Source: Anaeromyxobacteraceae bacterium (GTDB lineage: Bacteria > Myxococcota > Myxococcia > Myxococcales > Anaeromyxobacteraceae). From it: a stretch of 64,000 nt of DNA. Below, one piece after another: positions 1 through 11,305 of the stretch (its first letter is position 1; every line of letters begins with the position of its first letter). The position numbers and the translations under genes are program-made. The stretch is from NCBI GenBank assembly GCA_032654565.1, contig JAULAX010000010.1:192001-256000 (forward strand), written 5' to 3'. Below the pieces are notes generated by a model. It saw nothing but the letters and a program-made list of their open reading frames with translations, did not search any database and was not told the DNA's origin.

Positions 1-168
1 TTCCCGGGGCCGCTGCTCCTGGTGGTGGCCATGAGCATGGGGCAGGCGCTCGGCATCGCCTCGCTGGTGCTCTACCTGCTGGCCATCGCCCTCGACCTGC
101 AGGGGTACGGCGAGCACGACGAGCTGGGGAACGCCGGATCGGCCGGCTCCGGCACCGGCGCCGAGTAG
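1..168 (+). CDS. 3' end of a probable membrane protein (truncated by window edge)
   Basis: Frame 1 is open from base 1 to TAG at 166-168. It reads FPGPLLLVVAMSMGQALGIASLVLYLLAIALDLQG..., which is hydrophobic with GC-rich third codon positions. Confidence 0.5.
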   Translation, partial: FPGPLLLVVAMSMGQALGIASLVLYLLAIALDLQGYGEHDELGNAGSAGSGTGAE

Positions 169-276
169 CGGCGGGGCAGCCACGCCGCGAGGCGCCTTGC
201 CGGTCCGCCGTCTGCCTGCTACGAATGTGGGGGCGCTGTCTCCAGGGCCTTGGACCAACAGGTGACGGGTGGGCTC

Positions 277-924
277 ATGACGGTTCGGGCGATCGCGGTC
301 GAAGATGACGAGGCGGTCTCCAGGCTGATCGTCCAGATCCTCACCAACCATGGCATCGAGGTGGTGGGGACGGCGGCCACCGGCGAGGACGGGGTGACCC
401 TGGCCCGCGAGACCCGGCCGGACGTGGCCCTGGTGGACCTCGGCCTCCCCCGAATGAGCGGCGAGGACGTCATCGCCACCATCCGCCGCGACCAGCCCAA
501 GACCGTCTGCATCGCGCTCACTGCCGTGGACATCCCCGCCCGGGTGCTGGGGGCGATGCGGGCCGGGGCCGCCGGCTACATCCTCAAGCCCTTCCACGCC
601 GCCGACCTCACCCGCGCCCTCGACGACGTGCTGGCCGGCGACGCCGCCCCCATCAGCCCGAGGGCGGCCAAGGTGCTCCTCTCCGAGTTCCGCGGCGACG
701 CCCCCGACCAGAAGCCCTCGTCCGGCCCGGCGCTCTCCAAGCGCGAGCTGGAGGTGCTGGGGCTCCTGGTCCACGGCCACACCTACGCCGACGTGGCGCA
801 GGCGCTCGGCTTGGCGGAGGGGACGGTCCAGACCTACGTGAAGCGGATCTACGAGAAGATGGACGTCTCCACCAAGGCCGAGGCGGCGCTGCTTGCCGTG
901 GCCCGGGGGCTCGTGAAGCCTTAG
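277..924 (+). CDS. NarL/LuxR-family response regulator (REC + LuxR HTH)
   Basis: REC motifs VEDD, DVALVDLGLP, ALT, GYILKP. LuxR HTH LSKRELEVL...GTVQTYVKRIYEKM. ATG 277 preferred over TTG 250. Confidence 0.93.
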   Translation: MTVRAIAVEDDEAVSRLIVQILTNHGIEVVGTAATGEDGVTLARETRPDVALVDLGLPRMSGEDVIATIRRDQPKTVCIALTAVDIPARVLGAMRAGAAGYILKPFHAADLTRALDDVLAGDAAPISPRAAKVLLSEFRGDAPDQKPSSGPALSKRELEVLGLLVHGHTYADVAQALGLAEGTVQTYVKRIYEKMDVSTKAEAALLAVARGLVKP

Positions 925-991
925 AAGCCCTGGAGATCTCCCCGGTTCGGGGCCGATGACGCAAGCGGTCAAGCCCCGGCGGAGGGTGGCC

Positions 992-1019
992 TTGACTTGC
1001 GGGGGTCGCTCCCTATAAT
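992..1019 (+). promoter_or_regulatory. sigma70-type promoter of the yceD-rpmF-plsX-fab operon
   Basis: TTGACT (992-997), 16 bp, TATAAT (1014-1019). Near consensus and conspicuous in this GC-rich DNA. Confidence 0.8.
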
Positions 1020-1052
1020 GAGCCCCCTTTGAGTGCCGGAAGAAGTGCGCAA

Positions 1053-1619
1053 ATGCGCGTGAACATTGACGAAATCAAGGAAGCCGGCATCGACCGGCAC
1101 TGGGACTTGCCGCGCGAGGCGCTCGACGCCATCGTGATGGGCGATCGCTCGGGCTGGCGAGCCAGCGGCGACGCCCACGTCGAGGCCCGGTTCGAGAAGC
1201 TCGACCGGCGCGTCTTCGTGAAGGCCCGGGCCACCGCCCCGCTGGCCGGCGAGTGCAGCCGCTGCCTGGCCCCCATCGCCGCCCAGCTCCCCGTCGCCTT
1301 CGCCCTGACCCTGGTGCCGGCCGACGAGTACGCCGAGCAGGAGAGCGTGGCCGCCGAGGACAAGGGGCACCACCCGGTGGCCGGGAGCTTCGACTTCAAG
1401 CACGCCGAGGAAGAGGCCTACCAGGGGAAGGTGGTCGATCTCGACCCCATCCTGCGCGAGCAGGTGCTGCTGGAGCTGCCCGAGTACCCGGTCTGCCAGG
1501 AGGGCTGCAAGGGGCTCTGCTCCGTCTGCGGCAAGAACATGAACGAAGGCGAGTGCGGCTGCGACCGCAAGGTGCCCGACCCGCGCTGGGCCGGCCTCGC
1601 CAAGGTGAAGTTGACGTAG
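1053..1619 (+). CDS. yceD: YceD/DUF177 family protein
   Basis: CSRCL, LDPILREQVLLELP, C..CKGLCSVCG.N.N..C.C and DPRWA.L motifs. Canonical position upstream of rpmF. Confidence 0.92.
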   Translation: MRVNIDEIKEAGIDRHWDLPREALDAIVMGDRSGWRASGDAHVEARFEKLDRRVFVKARATAPLAGECSRCLAPIAAQLPVAFALTLVPADEYAEQESVAAEDKGHHPVAGSFDFKHAEEEAYQGKVVDLDPILREQVLLELPEYPVCQEGCKGLCSVCGKNMNEGECGCDRKVPDPRWAGLAKVKLT

Positions 1620-1653
1620 TCCCTTTCGTCGTACCAGCCGAAGGAGCATCACC

Positions 1654-1833
1654 GTGGGCGTCCCCAAGAAGCGTACCAGCAGCATGCGTCGTGATCGCCG
1701 CCGCTCGGCCAACTTCAAGCTGAAGGGGGTCAACGTCACCAAGTGCCCCAAGTGCCAGGAGCCGGTGATGTCCCACCGCGTCTGTCCGTCCTGCGGGACG
1801 TACAAGGGCGCGCAGGTCCTCGACGCAACGTAA
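1654..1833 (+). CDS. rpmF: 50S ribosomal protein L32 (zinc-binding type)
   Basis: Not in the ORF track (59 aa). GTG start after AAGGAG. Reads MGVPKKRTSSMRRDRRRSANFKLKGVNVTKCPKCQEPVMSHRVCPSCGTYKGAQVLDAT. Confidence 0.97.
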   Translation: MGVPKKRTSSMRRDRRRSANFKLKGVNVTKCPKCQEPVMSHRVCPSCGTYKGAQVLDAT

Positions 1834-1839
1834 CGGTTG

Positions 1840-2874
1840 ATGACCAGGCACCTCGCGCCCGTCGCCGTCGATGCGATGGGGGGTGATCACGCCCCCGGCG
1901 CGATCGTGCAGGGCGCCATTGACGCGGCGCGCAAGGGGGTCCCGGTCATCCTGGTCGGGGCCGAGGCGGTGGTGCGCGAGGAGCTGGCGCGCCGGCACGC
2001 CGGCAAGTCGCTCCCCATCGAGGTCAGGCACGCCTCCGAGGTGGTCGAGTTCCACGACCACCCCGGGCAGGCGATGCGCCGCAAGAAGGACAACTCGATC
2101 CGGGTCTGCTTCGATCTCGTCGAGGCCGGGACCGCCTGCGGCATGGTCTCGGCCGGCAACTCCGGCGCCGTCATGGCCGGGGCCATCTTCGTGCTCGGGC
2201 GCCCCCGCGGCGTGGAGCGGCCGGCCATCGTCACCGTGCTGCCCGGCCTCAAGGGCACGCCGCTCATGCTCGACATGGGGGCCAACGTCGACTGCAAGCC
2301 CATCCACCTGGTGCAGTTCGGCCTGATGGGCGAGGTCTACTCCCGCAAGGTGCTGGGGGTGGCCCGCCCCAGCGTGGCGGTGCTCTCCAACGGCGAGGAG
2401 GAGGCCAAGGGGACCGAGCTGACCCGGGCCGCGGCGGCGGCGCTGAAGCGCTCCGGGATCGACTTCCGCGGCTACTGCGAGGGGCGCGACCTGCTCACCG
2501 GCGAGTTCGACGTCATCGTCACCGACGGCTTCACCGGCAACGTGGCGCTCAAGACCATGGAGGGGACCGCCAAGGTGGTCGGCGAGCACCTCAAGCGGGC
2601 CATCCGCAGCACCCTGGTCTCCTCGGTCGGCGGCCTGCTGGCCAAGAAGGCCCTGGAAGGAATGAAGAAGAAGATGGACTGGCGCGAGGTCGGGGGCGCG
2701 CCGCTCCTCGGGGTGAACGGGGTGGGCTTCATCAGCCACGGCCGCTCCGACGCCCTCGCCATCGAAAACGCCATCCGGAAGGCCGCGGCGGCCGCCCGGA
2801 CCCACTTCGTGGACGACCTCGCCCTGGCCGTGGCACCGGCCGAGGCGCTGCTCGACCCCAGCCAGGAGACATGA
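1840..2874 (+). CDS. plsX: phosphate acyltransferase PlsX
   Basis: AVDAMGGDHAP, VSAGNSGA, LDMGANVD, DGFTGNVALKTMEG, GGAPLLGVNG, HGRS. Confidence 0.97.
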   Translation: MTRHLAPVAVDAMGGDHAPGAIVQGAIDAARKGVPVILVGAEAVVREELARRHAGKSLPIEVRHASEVVEFHDHPGQAMRRKKDNSIRVCFDLVEAGTACGMVSAGNSGAVMAGAIFVLGRPRGVERPAIVTVLPGLKGTPLMLDMGANVDCKPIHLVQFGLMGEVYSRKVLGVARPSVAVLSNGEEEAKGTELTRAAAAALKRSGIDFRGYCEGRDLLTGEFDVIVTDGFTGNVALKTMEGTAKVVGEHLKRAIRSTLVSSVGGLLAKKALEGMKKKMDWREVGGAPLLGVNGVGFISHGRSDALAIENAIRKAAAAARTHFVDDLALAVAPAEALLDPSQET

Positions 2875-3854
2875 TGCGCTCGCTCGTCGTCGGCACCGGC
2901 AGCTACGTCCCGGAGAAGGTCCTCACCAACGCGGACCTGGAGAAGCTGGTCGAGACCAACGACCAGTGGATCCGGGAGCGCACCGGCATCCGCGAACGGC
3001 ACATCGCCGCGCCTGAGCAGGCCAGCAGCGATCTCGCCCTGGAGGCCTCGAAGCGGGCGCTGGAGATGGCCGGGCTCGACGCCGCCGACCTCGAGCTGAT
3101 CGTCATCGGCACGGTCACGCCCGACTACCCGTTCCCCAGCACCGCGGCGGTGCTGCAGGGGAAGCTGGGCAACAAGAAGGCCTTCGCCTTCGACCTCTCG
3201 GCGGCCTGCGCCGGCTCCATCTACGCCCTCTCGGTGGCCGACCGCTACGTGGCCTCCGGGGCCTGCCGCAACGCCCTGGTGATCGGCGTCGACACCCTGA
3301 CCCGCATCACCGACTGGAAGGACCGCAACACCTGCATCCTCTTCGGCGACGGCGCCGGGGCCATGGTGCTGAAGGCGACCGACGACCCCCGCCGCGGCCT
3401 CTCCACCATCCGCCTCCACGCCGACGGCTCCATGGTCTCGATGCTGCTGCAGCCCGGCGGCGGCTCGCGCGACCCCATCTCCGCCGAGGTGGTGGCGGCC
3501 GGCCGGCACTACGTCAAGATGAAGGGGACCGAGGTCTACAAGGTGGCGGTCCGCGCCCTGGCCGAGGTCTGCCACGAGGTGCTGGCCGCCGAGGGGCTCA
3601 CCGCCTCGCAGGTCACTCACGTCATCGCCCACCAGGCCAACAAGCGCATCCTCGACGCCACCCTGCAGCGGCTGGAGATCCCGGCCGAGAAGTGCTGGAT
3701 GAACCTGGAGAAGTACGGCAACACCTCCTCGGCCAGCGTCCCCATGACGCTCGACGAGGCCAACCGGGCCGGCTGGTTCAAGCCGGGCGACGTCATCCTG
3801 ATGATGGCCATCGGCGGCGGCATGGCCTGGGGCGCCGGCGTGCTGCGCTGGTAG
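2871..3854 (+). CDS. fabH: beta-ketoacyl-ACP synthase III
   Basis: AACAG (Cys), FGDGAGA, HQAN (His), GNTSSAS (Asn). Confidence 0.97.
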   Translation: MMRSLVVGTGSYVPEKVLTNADLEKLVETNDQWIRERTGIRERHIAAPEQASSDLALEASKRALEMAGLDAADLELIVIGTVTPDYPFPSTAAVLQGKLGNKKAFAFDLSAACAGSIYALSVADRYVASGACRNALVIGVDTLTRITDWKDRNTCILFGDGAGAMVLKATDDPRRGLSTIRLHADGSMVSMLLQPGGGSRDPISAEVVAAGRHYVKMKGTEVYKVAVRALAEVCHEVLAAEGLTASQVTHVIAHQANKRILDATLQRLEIPAEKCWMNLEKYGNTSSASVPMTLDEANRAGWFKPGDVILMMAIGGGMAWGAGVLRW

Positions 3855-3876
3855 GCTCGGCGCCTCCAAGGACCAC

Positions 3877-4821
3877 ATGGGCAAGCTGGCATTCATCTTC
3901 CCGGGGCAGGGCGCGCAGAAGGCGGGCATGGGGCGCGAGCTCTTCGAGCGCTTCGCCGAGGCGCGCGCCGTCTTCGAGGCCATCGACGCCGCCCTGGGCG
4001 AGCCGCTCTCCACCCTCTGCTTCGAGGGGCCGGACGAGGCGCTCAAGCTGACCGCCAACACCCAGCCGGCCATCCTGGCGGTCTCGGCGGCGGCGGCGGC
4101 GGTGCTGGCCCGGGCCGGGGTGGTGCCGGCGCTGGTGGCCGGCCACTCGCTGGGAGAGTACTCGGCGCTGGTGGCGGCCGGGGCGGTCTCGGCCGCCGAC
4201 GCCGCCCGCGCCGTGCGGGCCCGCGGCACCTTCATGCAGGAGGCGGTGCCGGCCGGGCAGGGGGCGATGAGCGCCGTGCTCGGCCTGGATCCGGCCCGGG
4301 TCACCGCCATCTGCGCCGAGGTGGCGGCCGCCACCGGGCTGGTGGTCTCCCCCGCCAACTTCAACGAGCCGGCCCAGACCGTCATCGCCGGCGCCGCCGC
4401 CGCGGTGGAGCAGGCCGGCGTCCGGCTCAAGGAGGCGGGCGCCAAGCGGGTGCTGCCGCTCCCGGTCTCCGCCCCCTTCCACTGCGCGCTCATGGCCCCG
4501 GTGTCGGCGCGGCTGGAGCCGGTGCTGCGCGGCTGCGCCTGGCGCGCCCCGGCCTGCCCGGTGGTGACCAACGTCGAGGCCCGGCCCAACGCCGACCTGG
4601 CGCGGGTCATCCCGCTGCTGGTGCAGCAGGTGACGGCGCCGGTCCGCTGGATCGAGTGCGTCGAGGAGCTGGCCCGGCAGGGCGTCACCCGGGTGGTCGA
4701 GGTGGGGCCGGGGCGGGTGCTGTCCGGGCTGGTGAAGCGGATCGCCCCGTCGATCGAGGCCTTCAACGTCGAGGACGCGGCGTCGCTGGAGAAGACCCTG
4801 GCCGCGCTGAAGGGAGCGTAG
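3877..4821 (+). CDS. fabD: malonyl-CoA:ACP transacylase
   Basis: FPGQG, TQPA, GHSLGEY, VSAPFH, VEVGPG. Confidence 0.97.
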   Translation: MGKLAFIFPGQGAQKAGMGRELFERFAEARAVFEAIDAALGEPLSTLCFEGPDEALKLTANTQPAILAVSAAAAAVLARAGVVPALVAGHSLGEYSALVAAGAVSAADAARAVRARGTFMQEAVPAGQGAMSAVLGLDPARVTAICAEVAAATGLVVSPANFNEPAQTVIAGAAAAVEQAGVRLKEAGAKRVLPLPVSAPFHCALMAPVSARLEPVLRGCAWRAPACPVVTNVEARPNADLARVIPLLVQQVTAPVRWIECVEELARQGVTRVVEVGPGRVLSGLVKRIAPSIEAFNVEDAASLEKTLAALKGA

Positions 4822-4825
4822 GGCG

Positions 4826-5575
4826 ATGCACGACTTCAAGGGCAAGGTGGCGCTGGTCACCGGGGCGTCGCGGGGCATCGGGCGGGCCATCGCGGTGGCG
4901 CTGGCCCAGGGCGGCGCCAGCGTGGCGCTCAACTACGCCGGCAACGAGGCGGCGGCCCAGGAGGCCCTGGCGCTGGTGCTGGCGGCCGGCGCACCGAAGG
5001 CGAAGCTCTACCGGTTCGACGTCGCCGACCCGACCGCCTGCGGCGCGGCGGTCGACGCGGTGGTGGCCGAGTTCGGCGGGCTCCACGTCCTCGTCAACAA
5101 CGCCGGCATCGCCGTCGACCAGCTGCTGATGCGGCTCAAGGACGAGGACTGGCAGCGCCAGCTCGACGTCAACCTGACCGGCGCCTTCAACCTGACCCGG
5201 GCGGTGTCGCGCCCCATGATGAAGGCGCGCGGCGGGGTCATCGTCAACCTCTCCTCGGTGGTCGGCGAGATGGGCAACGCCGGGCAGGTGGCCTACGCCG
5301 CCACCAAGGCCGGGCTCATCGGCCTGACCAAGAGCGTGGCACGGGAGCTGGCTTCGCGTAACATCCGCTGCAACGCCGTCACCCCGGGCTTCATCGACAC
5401 CGACATGACCTCGGCCTTGCCCGAGGCGGCGCGCACCAAGATGATGGAGTCGATCCCGCTGGCTCGCCTCGGCTCGGCCGGGGACATCGCCAACGCGGTC
5501 TGCTTCCTCGCCAGCGATCAGGCCGCCTACGTGACCGGCGAGGTGTTGAAGGTCAACGGCGGCATGTACATGTAG
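4826..5575 (+). CDS. fabG: 3-oxoacyl-ACP reductase
   Basis: [31 protein letters not shown]. Confidence 0.97.
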   Translation: MHDFKGKVALVTGASRGIGRAIAVALAQGGASVALNYAGNEAAAQEALALVLAAGAPKAKLYRFDVADPTACGAAVDAVVAEFGGLHVLVNNAGIAVDQLLMRLKDEDWQRQLDVNLTGAFNLTRAVSRPMMKARGGVIVNLSSVVGEMGNAGQVAYAATKAGLIGLTKSVARELASRNIRCNAVTPGFIDTDMTSALPEAARTKMMESIPLARLGSAGDIANAVCFLASDQAAYVTGEVLKVNGGMYM

Positions 5576-5658
5576 TCGCGGGCGACCCGCGGCACGGCAC
5601 CGGGCCGGTCACCGGAGTTTGGCAGCACCAGGCAGTCCCCCCAACCAGGAGGAGCACC

Positions 5659-5898
5659 ATGTCGGCGAACATCGAGCAGAAGGTGAAGGCCATCATCGCG
5701 GAGAACCTCGGCGTCAACGCCGACGACATCAAGATCACCTCCAGCTTCATCGACGACCTGGGCGCCGACTCGCTCGACATCGTCGAGCTGGTGATGCAGA
5801 TGGAGGAGGAGTTCGAGGTCGAGATCCCGGACGAAGAGGCCGAGAACATCAAGACCGTCCAGGACGCCGTCACCTTCATCACCACGCACAAGAAGTAG
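5659..5898 (+). CDS. acpP: acyl carrier protein
   Basis: [14 protein letters not shown] motif, with AGGAGG RBS. Confidence 0.98.
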   Translation: MSANIEQKVKAIIAENLGVNADDIKITSSFIDDLGADSLDIVELVMQMEEEFEVEIPDEEAENIKTVQDAVTFITTHKK

Positions 5899-6006
5899 GC
5901 GTGGCCACGGCGCCCCGGGCTGGCCGGGGCGGCTGCGGACAGGGCTGGGGCGCGGCGGGACCGCGCCCCGTGGGTGTGCCTTCAACCTCGGCGTGAGGTG
6001 CGTTCG

Positions 6007-7248
6007 ATGAGCAGGCGTCGCGTGGTGGTCACGGGGCTGGGCCTCGTCTCTCCCGTCGGGATCGGCGTGGAGCCATCGTGGCAGTCGCTGGTGGAGGGGC
6101 GGAGCGGCATCGGCCCCATCACCCTCTTCGACGCCTCGACCTATCCGACCCGCATCGCCGGGGAGGTGAAGGGCTTCGAGCCCGGCGACTTCATGGACAA
6201 GAAGGAGGCCCGCCGCAACGACCGGTTCATCCAGTTCGCGCTGGCCGCCGCCGAGATGGCGATGAAGGACTCCGGCCTCGACATGGCCACGGAGGACCCG
6301 GAGCAGGTCGGCTGCATCGTCGGGGCCGGCATCGGCGGCCTCGGCACCATCGAGGAGAACCGCGACGTCCTTCGGGAGAAGGGGGTCAAGCGCATCAGCC
6401 CGTTCTTCATCCCCAGCCTGATCATCAACCTGGCGCCGGCGCAGATCAGCATGCGCTACGGGATGAAGGGGCCGAACTTCTCCACGGTGTCGGCCTGCGC
6501 CACCGGCAACCACTCCATCGGCGACGCCCTGCTCTACATCGAGCGCGGCCTGGCCGACGTCATGGTGGCGGGCGGGTGCGAGGCCACCATCACGCCGCTG
6601 GGCGTGGGGGGCTTCTGCGCGGCCCGCGCCATGTCGGAGCGGAACGACGCGCCGGAGAAGGCCAGCCGGCCCTTCGACAAGGGGCGCGACGGCTTCGTGG
6701 CCGCCGAGGGCGCCGGCCTGCTGATCCTCGAGGAGTACGAGCACGCCCGGAAGCGCGGCGCCCGGGTCTACGCCGAGCTGGTCGGCTACGGCGCCTCGGC
6801 GGACGCCTACCACGTCACCACCCCGGCGCCGGGGGGGGAGGGCGGCGCCCGGGCCATGAAGATGGCGCTCAAGTTCGCCGGGCTCAACCCGGACCAGATC
6901 GGCTACGTCAACACCCACGGCACCTCGACGCCGGCCGGCGACGTGGCCGAGTGCCAGGCCATCAACTCGGTCTTCGGCGACCACGCCAGGAAGGGGCTCT
7001 GCGTCTCCTCCACCAAGTCGATGACCGGCCACCTGCTGGGGGCCGCCGGCGGCCTCGAGGCCGTGGTCACGGTGCTGGCGCTCCACCGCGGCGTCATCCC
7101 GCCGACCATCAACGTCGAGGACCAGGATCCGGAGTGCGCGCTCGACGTGGTGCCGAACGTGGCCCGCCAGACGCGGATGACGGCGGCGGCCTCCAACAGC
7201 TTCGGGTTCGGTGGCACCAACTCGGTGCTGATCTTCAAGGCCGTCTAG
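6007..7248 (+). CDS. fabF: beta-ketoacyl-ACP synthase II
   Basis: [51 protein letters not shown] before ATG 6007. Confidence 0.97.
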   Translation: MSRRRVVVTGLGLVSPVGIGVEPSWQSLVEGRSGIGPITLFDASTYPTRIAGEVKGFEPGDFMDKKEARRNDRFIQFALAAAEMAMKDSGLDMATEDPEQVGCIVGAGIGGLGTIEENRDVLREKGVKRISPFFIPSLIINLAPAQISMRYGMKGPNFSTVSACATGNHSIGDALLYIERGLADVMVAGGCEATITPLGVGGFCAARAMSERNDAPEKASRPFDKGRDGFVAAEGAGLLILEEYEHARKRGARVYAELVGYGASADAYHVTTPAPGGEGGARAMKMALKFAGLNPDQIGYVNTHGTSTPAGDVAECQAINSVFGDHARKGLCVSSTKSMTGHLLGAAGGLEAVVTVLALHRGVIPPTINVEDQDPECALDVVPNVARQTRMTAAASNSFGFGGTNSVLIFKAV

Positions 7249-7280
7249 GGGCGGGGACGCCGCCGGGAGGGGGGAACGCC

Positions 7281-7727
7281 ATGGCCGAGAAGCTGGTCGC
7301 CGCGTCGGATCACGCCGGGCTCGCCCTGCGCGCGGAAGCGGTCAAGGCGGCGCGGGGCCGCGGCCTGGAGGTCGAGGACCTCGGCCCGTTCACCGCCGAC
7401 AGCGTCGACTACCCCGACTTCGCGGTGAAGGTGGGGGAGGCGGTCGGCGCCGGGCGGGCCCGCTTCGGCCTGCTGGTCTGCGGCACCGGCATCGGCATCT
7501 CCATGGCCGCCAACAAGCTCCCCGGCGTCCGCGCGGCGCTCTGTCGCACCGAGTACGAGGCCCGCATGGCCCGGGCCCACAACGACGCCAACGTCCTCTG
7601 CCTCGGCGAGCGGGTCACCGGCGCCGGGCTGGGGGCGGCCATCGTCGAGGCCTTCCTGGCCACGCCCTTCGAAGGGGGGCGCCACGCCCGCCGGGTCGAG
7701 AAGCTCAACGCCCTCGACCAGCGCTGA
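7281..7727 (+). CDS. rpiB: ribose-5-phosphate isomerase B
   Basis: SDHAG, DYPD, CGTGIG, ANK.PGVRAA, HNDAN, FEGGRH..R. Corresponds to the 3' part of track ORF 6078..7727. Confidence 0.96.
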   Translation: MAEKLVAASDHAGLALRAEAVKAARGRGLEVEDLGPFTADSVDYPDFAVKVGEAVGAGRARFGLLVCGTGIGISMAANKLPGVRAALCRTEYEARMARAHNDANVLCLGERVTGAGLGAAIVEAFLATPFEGGRHARRVEKLNALDQR

Positions 7728-7798
7728 CGGCGCGGTTGCCGTTCCACGGCCGGGCGCGTTATGAACGCGCCTCCGGTCGCGACACCAGGAGCCCCACC

Positions 7799-9055
7799 AT
7801 GATGCCCACCGCCCGCCTCTCCGAGGCCGATCCCGAGATCTTCCGGCTCATCCGCGAGGAGACCCGCCGCCAGGCCGAGGGGCTGGAGCTGATCGCCAGC
7901 GAGAACTTCGTCTCCCCGGCCGTGCTCGAGGCGGCCGGCTCGACGCTCACCAACAAGTACGCCGAGGGTTACCCCGGCAAGCGCTACTACGGCGGCTGCG
8001 AGGTGGTCGACCAGGTGGAGCAGCTGGCCATCGACCGCGCCAAGCAGCTCTTCGGCGCCGGCTTCGCCAACGTGCAGCCCCACTCCGGCTCGCAGGCCAA
8101 CATGGCGGCCTACTTCGCCCTGGCCCAGCCCGGCGACACCATCGTCGCCATGAGCCTCAACTTCGGCGGCCACCTCACCCACGGCTCCCCGGTCAACTTC
8201 TCCGGCCGGCTCTTCAAGGTGATCCCCTACGGCCTGCGCCAGTCGGACGAGCAGATCGACATGGACGAGGTGGCCAGGCTCTGCCGCGAGCACCGGCCCA
8301 AGGTGCTGGTGGTGGGGGCCAGCGCCTACCCGCGCCTCCTCGACTTCCCCAGGTTCGCCGCCATCGCCGAGGAGGTCGGCGCCAAGGTCATGGTCGACAT
8401 GGCCCACATCGCCGGCCTGGTGGCGGGCGGCCAGCACCCCAGCCCGCTGCCGCACGCGGCGCTGGTGACCACCACCACCCACAAGACGCTGCGCGGCCCG
8501 CGCGGCGGCATGATCCTGACCAACGACGCCGAGCTGGCCAAGAAGCTCAACAGCCAGATCTTCCCTGGCATCCAGGGCGGGCCGCTCGAGCACGTCATCG
8601 CCGCCAAGGCGGTGGCCTTCGGCGAGGCGCTGCGCCCCGGGTACCGCGACTACCAGGCGGCCATCGTCAAGAACGCCCAGGCGCTGGCCCGGGGGCTGAT
8701 CGCCGCCGGGCTGCGGCTGGTCTCTGGCGGCACCGACAACCACCTCATGCTGGTCGACCTGCGCCCCAAGAAGCTCACCGGGAAGGTGGCCGAGGAGGCG
8801 CTCGGCCAGGCCGGCATCACCGTCAACAAGAACATGATCCCCTGGGACCCCGAGAAGCCCATGACCACCTCGGGGATCCGGGTGGGCACGCCGGCGCTCA
8901 CCACCCGCGGCTTCGGCGAGGCCGAGATGGCCACCGTGGCCACCCTGATCGGCCGCGCCCTCGACGCCCCGGCCGACGCCGCCTCGCTGGCGGCGGTGCG
9001 GGCCGACGTCAAGGCGCTCTGCGCCCGCTTCCCCATGTACGCGGATCGCTTCTGA
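7799..9055 (+). CDS. glyA: serine hydroxymethyltransferase
   Basis: [49 protein letters not shown]. Confidence 0.98.
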   Translation: MMPTARLSEADPEIFRLIREETRRQAEGLELIASENFVSPAVLEAAGSTLTNKYAEGYPGKRYYGGCEVVDQVEQLAIDRAKQLFGAGFANVQPHSGSQANMAAYFALAQPGDTIVAMSLNFGGHLTHGSPVNFSGRLFKVIPYGLRQSDEQIDMDEVARLCREHRPKVLVVGASAYPRLLDFPRFAAIAEEVGAKVMVDMAHIAGLVAGGQHPSPLPHAALVTTTTHKTLRGPRGGMILTNDAELAKKLNSQIFPGIQGGPLEHVIAAKAVAFGEALRPGYRDYQAAIVKNAQALARGLIAAGLRLVSGGTDNHLMLVDLRPKKLTGKVAEEALGQAGITVNKNMIPWDPEKPMTTSGIRVGTPALTTRGFGEAEMATVATLIGRALDAPADAASLAAVRADVKALCARFPMYADRF

Positions 9056-9062
9056 GCACCTG

Positions 9063-9533
9063 ATGCGCTGCCCCGGCTGCGGCCACCTCGAGGACAAGGT
9101 CGTCGACTCCCGCGAGACCGGGGACGGGCAGAGCACGCGCCGGCGCCGGGAGTGCCTGGCCTGCGCCCGCCGCTTCACCACCTACGAGCGGACCGAGGAG
9201 AGCCTGCCGGTGGTGGTGAAGAAGGACGGGCGGCGCGAGCCCTTCGACCGCCGGAAGATCCTCGAGGGGCTGACCCGGGCCTGCCAGAAGCGGCCGGTCT
9301 CCTCGGCGCAGGTGGAGGCGCTGGTCTCGGACGTGGAGCGGCAGGTGCAGGAGCTGGGCGAGAAGGAGGTGCAGAGCCGGGTCATCGGCGAGAGCCTGAT
9401 GCGGCGGCTGCGCGACCTCGACCCGGTGGCCTTCGTCCGCTTCGCCTCGGTGTACCGGGCCTTCGAGGACGTCGGCGACTTCATGAGCGAGCTGCAGGGG
9501 CTGACCGGTGAGAAGGGCGGTCGCCGCCCGTGA
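9063..9533 (+). CDS. nrdR: transcriptional repressor NrdR
   Basis: MRCP.C, VVDSR, RRRREC..C..RFTTYE, ATP-cone, VRFASVY. Confidence 0.97.
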   Translation: MRCPGCGHLEDKVVDSRETGDGQSTRRRRECLACARRFTTYERTEESLPVVVKKDGRREPFDRRKILEGLTRACQKRPVSSAQVEALVSDVERQVQELGEKEVQSRVIGESLMRRLRDLDPVAFVRFASVYRAFEDVGDFMSELQGLTGEKGGRRP

Positions 9534-10645
9534 CCGCCGGGCGCGGCGACGGCGTCGAGCGCTTCATGCGCCTGGCGCTGGAGGAGGCCGGGCGCGGCCT
9601 GGGGCGCACCGCCCCCAACCCGGCGGTGGGCGCGGTGCTGGTGCGCGGCGGCCGGGTGGTGGGGCGCGGCCACCACGCCCGGGCCGGCGCCCCGCACGCC
9701 GAGATCGAGGCGCTGCGCCTGGCCGGCACACGGGCCCGCGGCGCCGACCTCTACACCACGCTGGAGCCGTGCGACCACTTCGGCCGGACGCCGCCCTGCA
9801 GCCTGGCGGTGATCGAGGCCGGGGTGCGGCGCGTCTTCGTCGGCTCCCGCGATCCCAACCCGGTGGTGAACGGCAAGGGGAGCGCCCGGCTGCGCCGGGC
9901 CGGCATCGTGGTGGTGGCCGGGCCGCTGCAGGCCGAGTGCGACGCCCTCAACGCCCCGTGGTTCCGCTTCGTGGCCAGCGGTCGCCCCTTCGTGACCTTG
10001 AAGCTGGCCGCCACCCTCGACGGCCGCATCGCCACCGGCGCCGGCGACTCGCGCTGGGTGAGCGGGCCGGCGGCGCGGGCCTGGGTGCACCAGCTGCGCG
10101 ACCGGGTCGACGCCGTGCTGGTGGGCCGGGGCACGGTGCAGGCCGACGACCCGCGCCTCACCACCCGGCTGCCGGCCGGGGCCGGGCGGGATCCGCTCCG
10201 GGTGGTGCTCGACACCGACCTGCAGCTGCCGGCCTCGCGGCGCCTCTTCCGCCAGCGCTCCACGGCCCGCACCCTGGTGCTGCACGCCGCCCGCGGCGGG
10301 CGGGACCTCGGGCCGCGCACCGACCTGCTGCGCTGCGCTCGCGGCCCGGGCGGGCTCGATCTCGCCGACGTGCTGGCCCGGCTGGCGGCCCGCGGCGTGG
10401 TCCACCTGCTGGTGGAGGGCGGCGCCGCGGTGGCGGCCAGCTTCCTCGCCGCCGGGCTGGTCGACCGCCTGGCGCTGGTGCTGGCCCCCAAGGTGCTGGG
10501 CGCCGGCCTCTCCTGGAGCGGGGCGGTGGGGCCGGCGCGGATGTCGGCGGCCCTCCAGCTGCGCGACCTGGAGGTGACGCGGCTGGGGGACGACCTGCTG
10601 CTGCAGGGGACACCGGCGCTGGCGGCCGCGACGAGACGGGGCTAG
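9530..10645 (+). CDS. ribD: bifunctional riboflavin deaminase/reductase RibD
   Basis: PNPAVG, HAE, TLEPC...[23 protein letters not shown]. Confidence 0.96.
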   Translation: MTAGRGDGVERFMRLALEEAGRGLGRTAPNPAVGAVLVRGGRVVGRGHHARAGAPHAEIEALRLAGTRARGADLYTTLEPCDHFGRTPPCSLAVIEAGVRRVFVGSRDPNPVVNGKGSARLRRAGIVVVAGPLQAECDALNAPWFRFVASGRPFVTLKLAATLDGRIATGAGDSRWVSGPAARAWVHQLRDRVDAVLVGRGTVQADDPRLTTRLPAGAGRDPLRVVLDTDLQLPASRRLFRQRSTARTLVLHAARGGRDLGPRTDLLRCARGPGGLDLADVLARLAARGVVHLLVEGGAAVAASFLAAGLVDRLALVLAPKVLGAGLSWSGAVGPARMSAALQLRDLEVTRLGDDLLLQGTPALAAATRRG

Positions 10646-10657
10646 GATCCGGCCCCC

Positions 10658-11305
10658 ATGTTCACGGGATTGATCAGCGATATCGGGGTGGTGGAGCGGA
10701 TCACGCCGCGCCAGGGCGGCGTGCGGCTGGTGATCCGCCCCCAGTCACTCCCGGTGGATGACCTGGCGCTGGGCGAGAGCGTGGCCAGCTCCGGGGCCTG
10801 CCTGACGGTGGTGGAGCGCGGCGGCGGCCTCGTGGCCTTCGACGCCATCCCCGAGACGCTGGCCCGGACCATCATCGGCGGCTGGCGCCCCGGCACCCGC
10901 GTCAACCTGGAGCGGGCGCTGCGGCTGGCCGACCGGCTGGGTGGCCACCTGGTGGCCGGCCACGTCGACGCCGTCGGCGAGGTGCTGGCGCGGAAGGCCG
11001 AGGGGCAGGGGGCCCGGCTCACCATCTCGCTGCCGGCGGCGCTGGCGCCGCTGGTGGCCGAGAAGGGCTCGATCGCCATCGACGGCGTCTCGCTGACCGT
11101 GGCCTCGGCCGGCCGCGACCGCTTCGAGGTGGCGCTCATCCCCGAGACCCTGTCCCGCACCACCCTGGGAGAGGCGGCGCCGGGCCACCCCGTCAACCTC
11201 GAGGCCGACCTGGTGGCCCGCCACGTGGCGCGGCTGCGCGAGTTCGCGCCGCTCGAGCCGGGGACGCTGCAGGCCTGGGGCTACCCGGGCGGAGGAGGAA
11301 CGTGA
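10658..11305 (+). CDS. ribE: riboflavin synthase (alpha chain)
   Basis: [40 protein letters not shown]. Confidence 0.96.
   Translation: MFTGLISDIGVVERITPRQGGVRLVIRPQSLPVDDLALGESVASSGACLTVVERGGGLVAFDAIPETLARTIIGGWRPGTRVNLERALRLADRLGGHLVAGHVDAVGEVLARKAEGQGARLTISLPAALAPLVAEKGSIAIDGVSLTVASAGRDRFEVALIPETLSRTTLGEAAPGHPVNLEADLVARHVARLREFAPLEPGTLQAWGYPGGGGT

Noticed and set aside
9480..9560. FMN riboswitch ahead of the rib genes
   Set aside because: ribD overlaps the nrdR stop, so there is no leader, and no RFN motif is visible.
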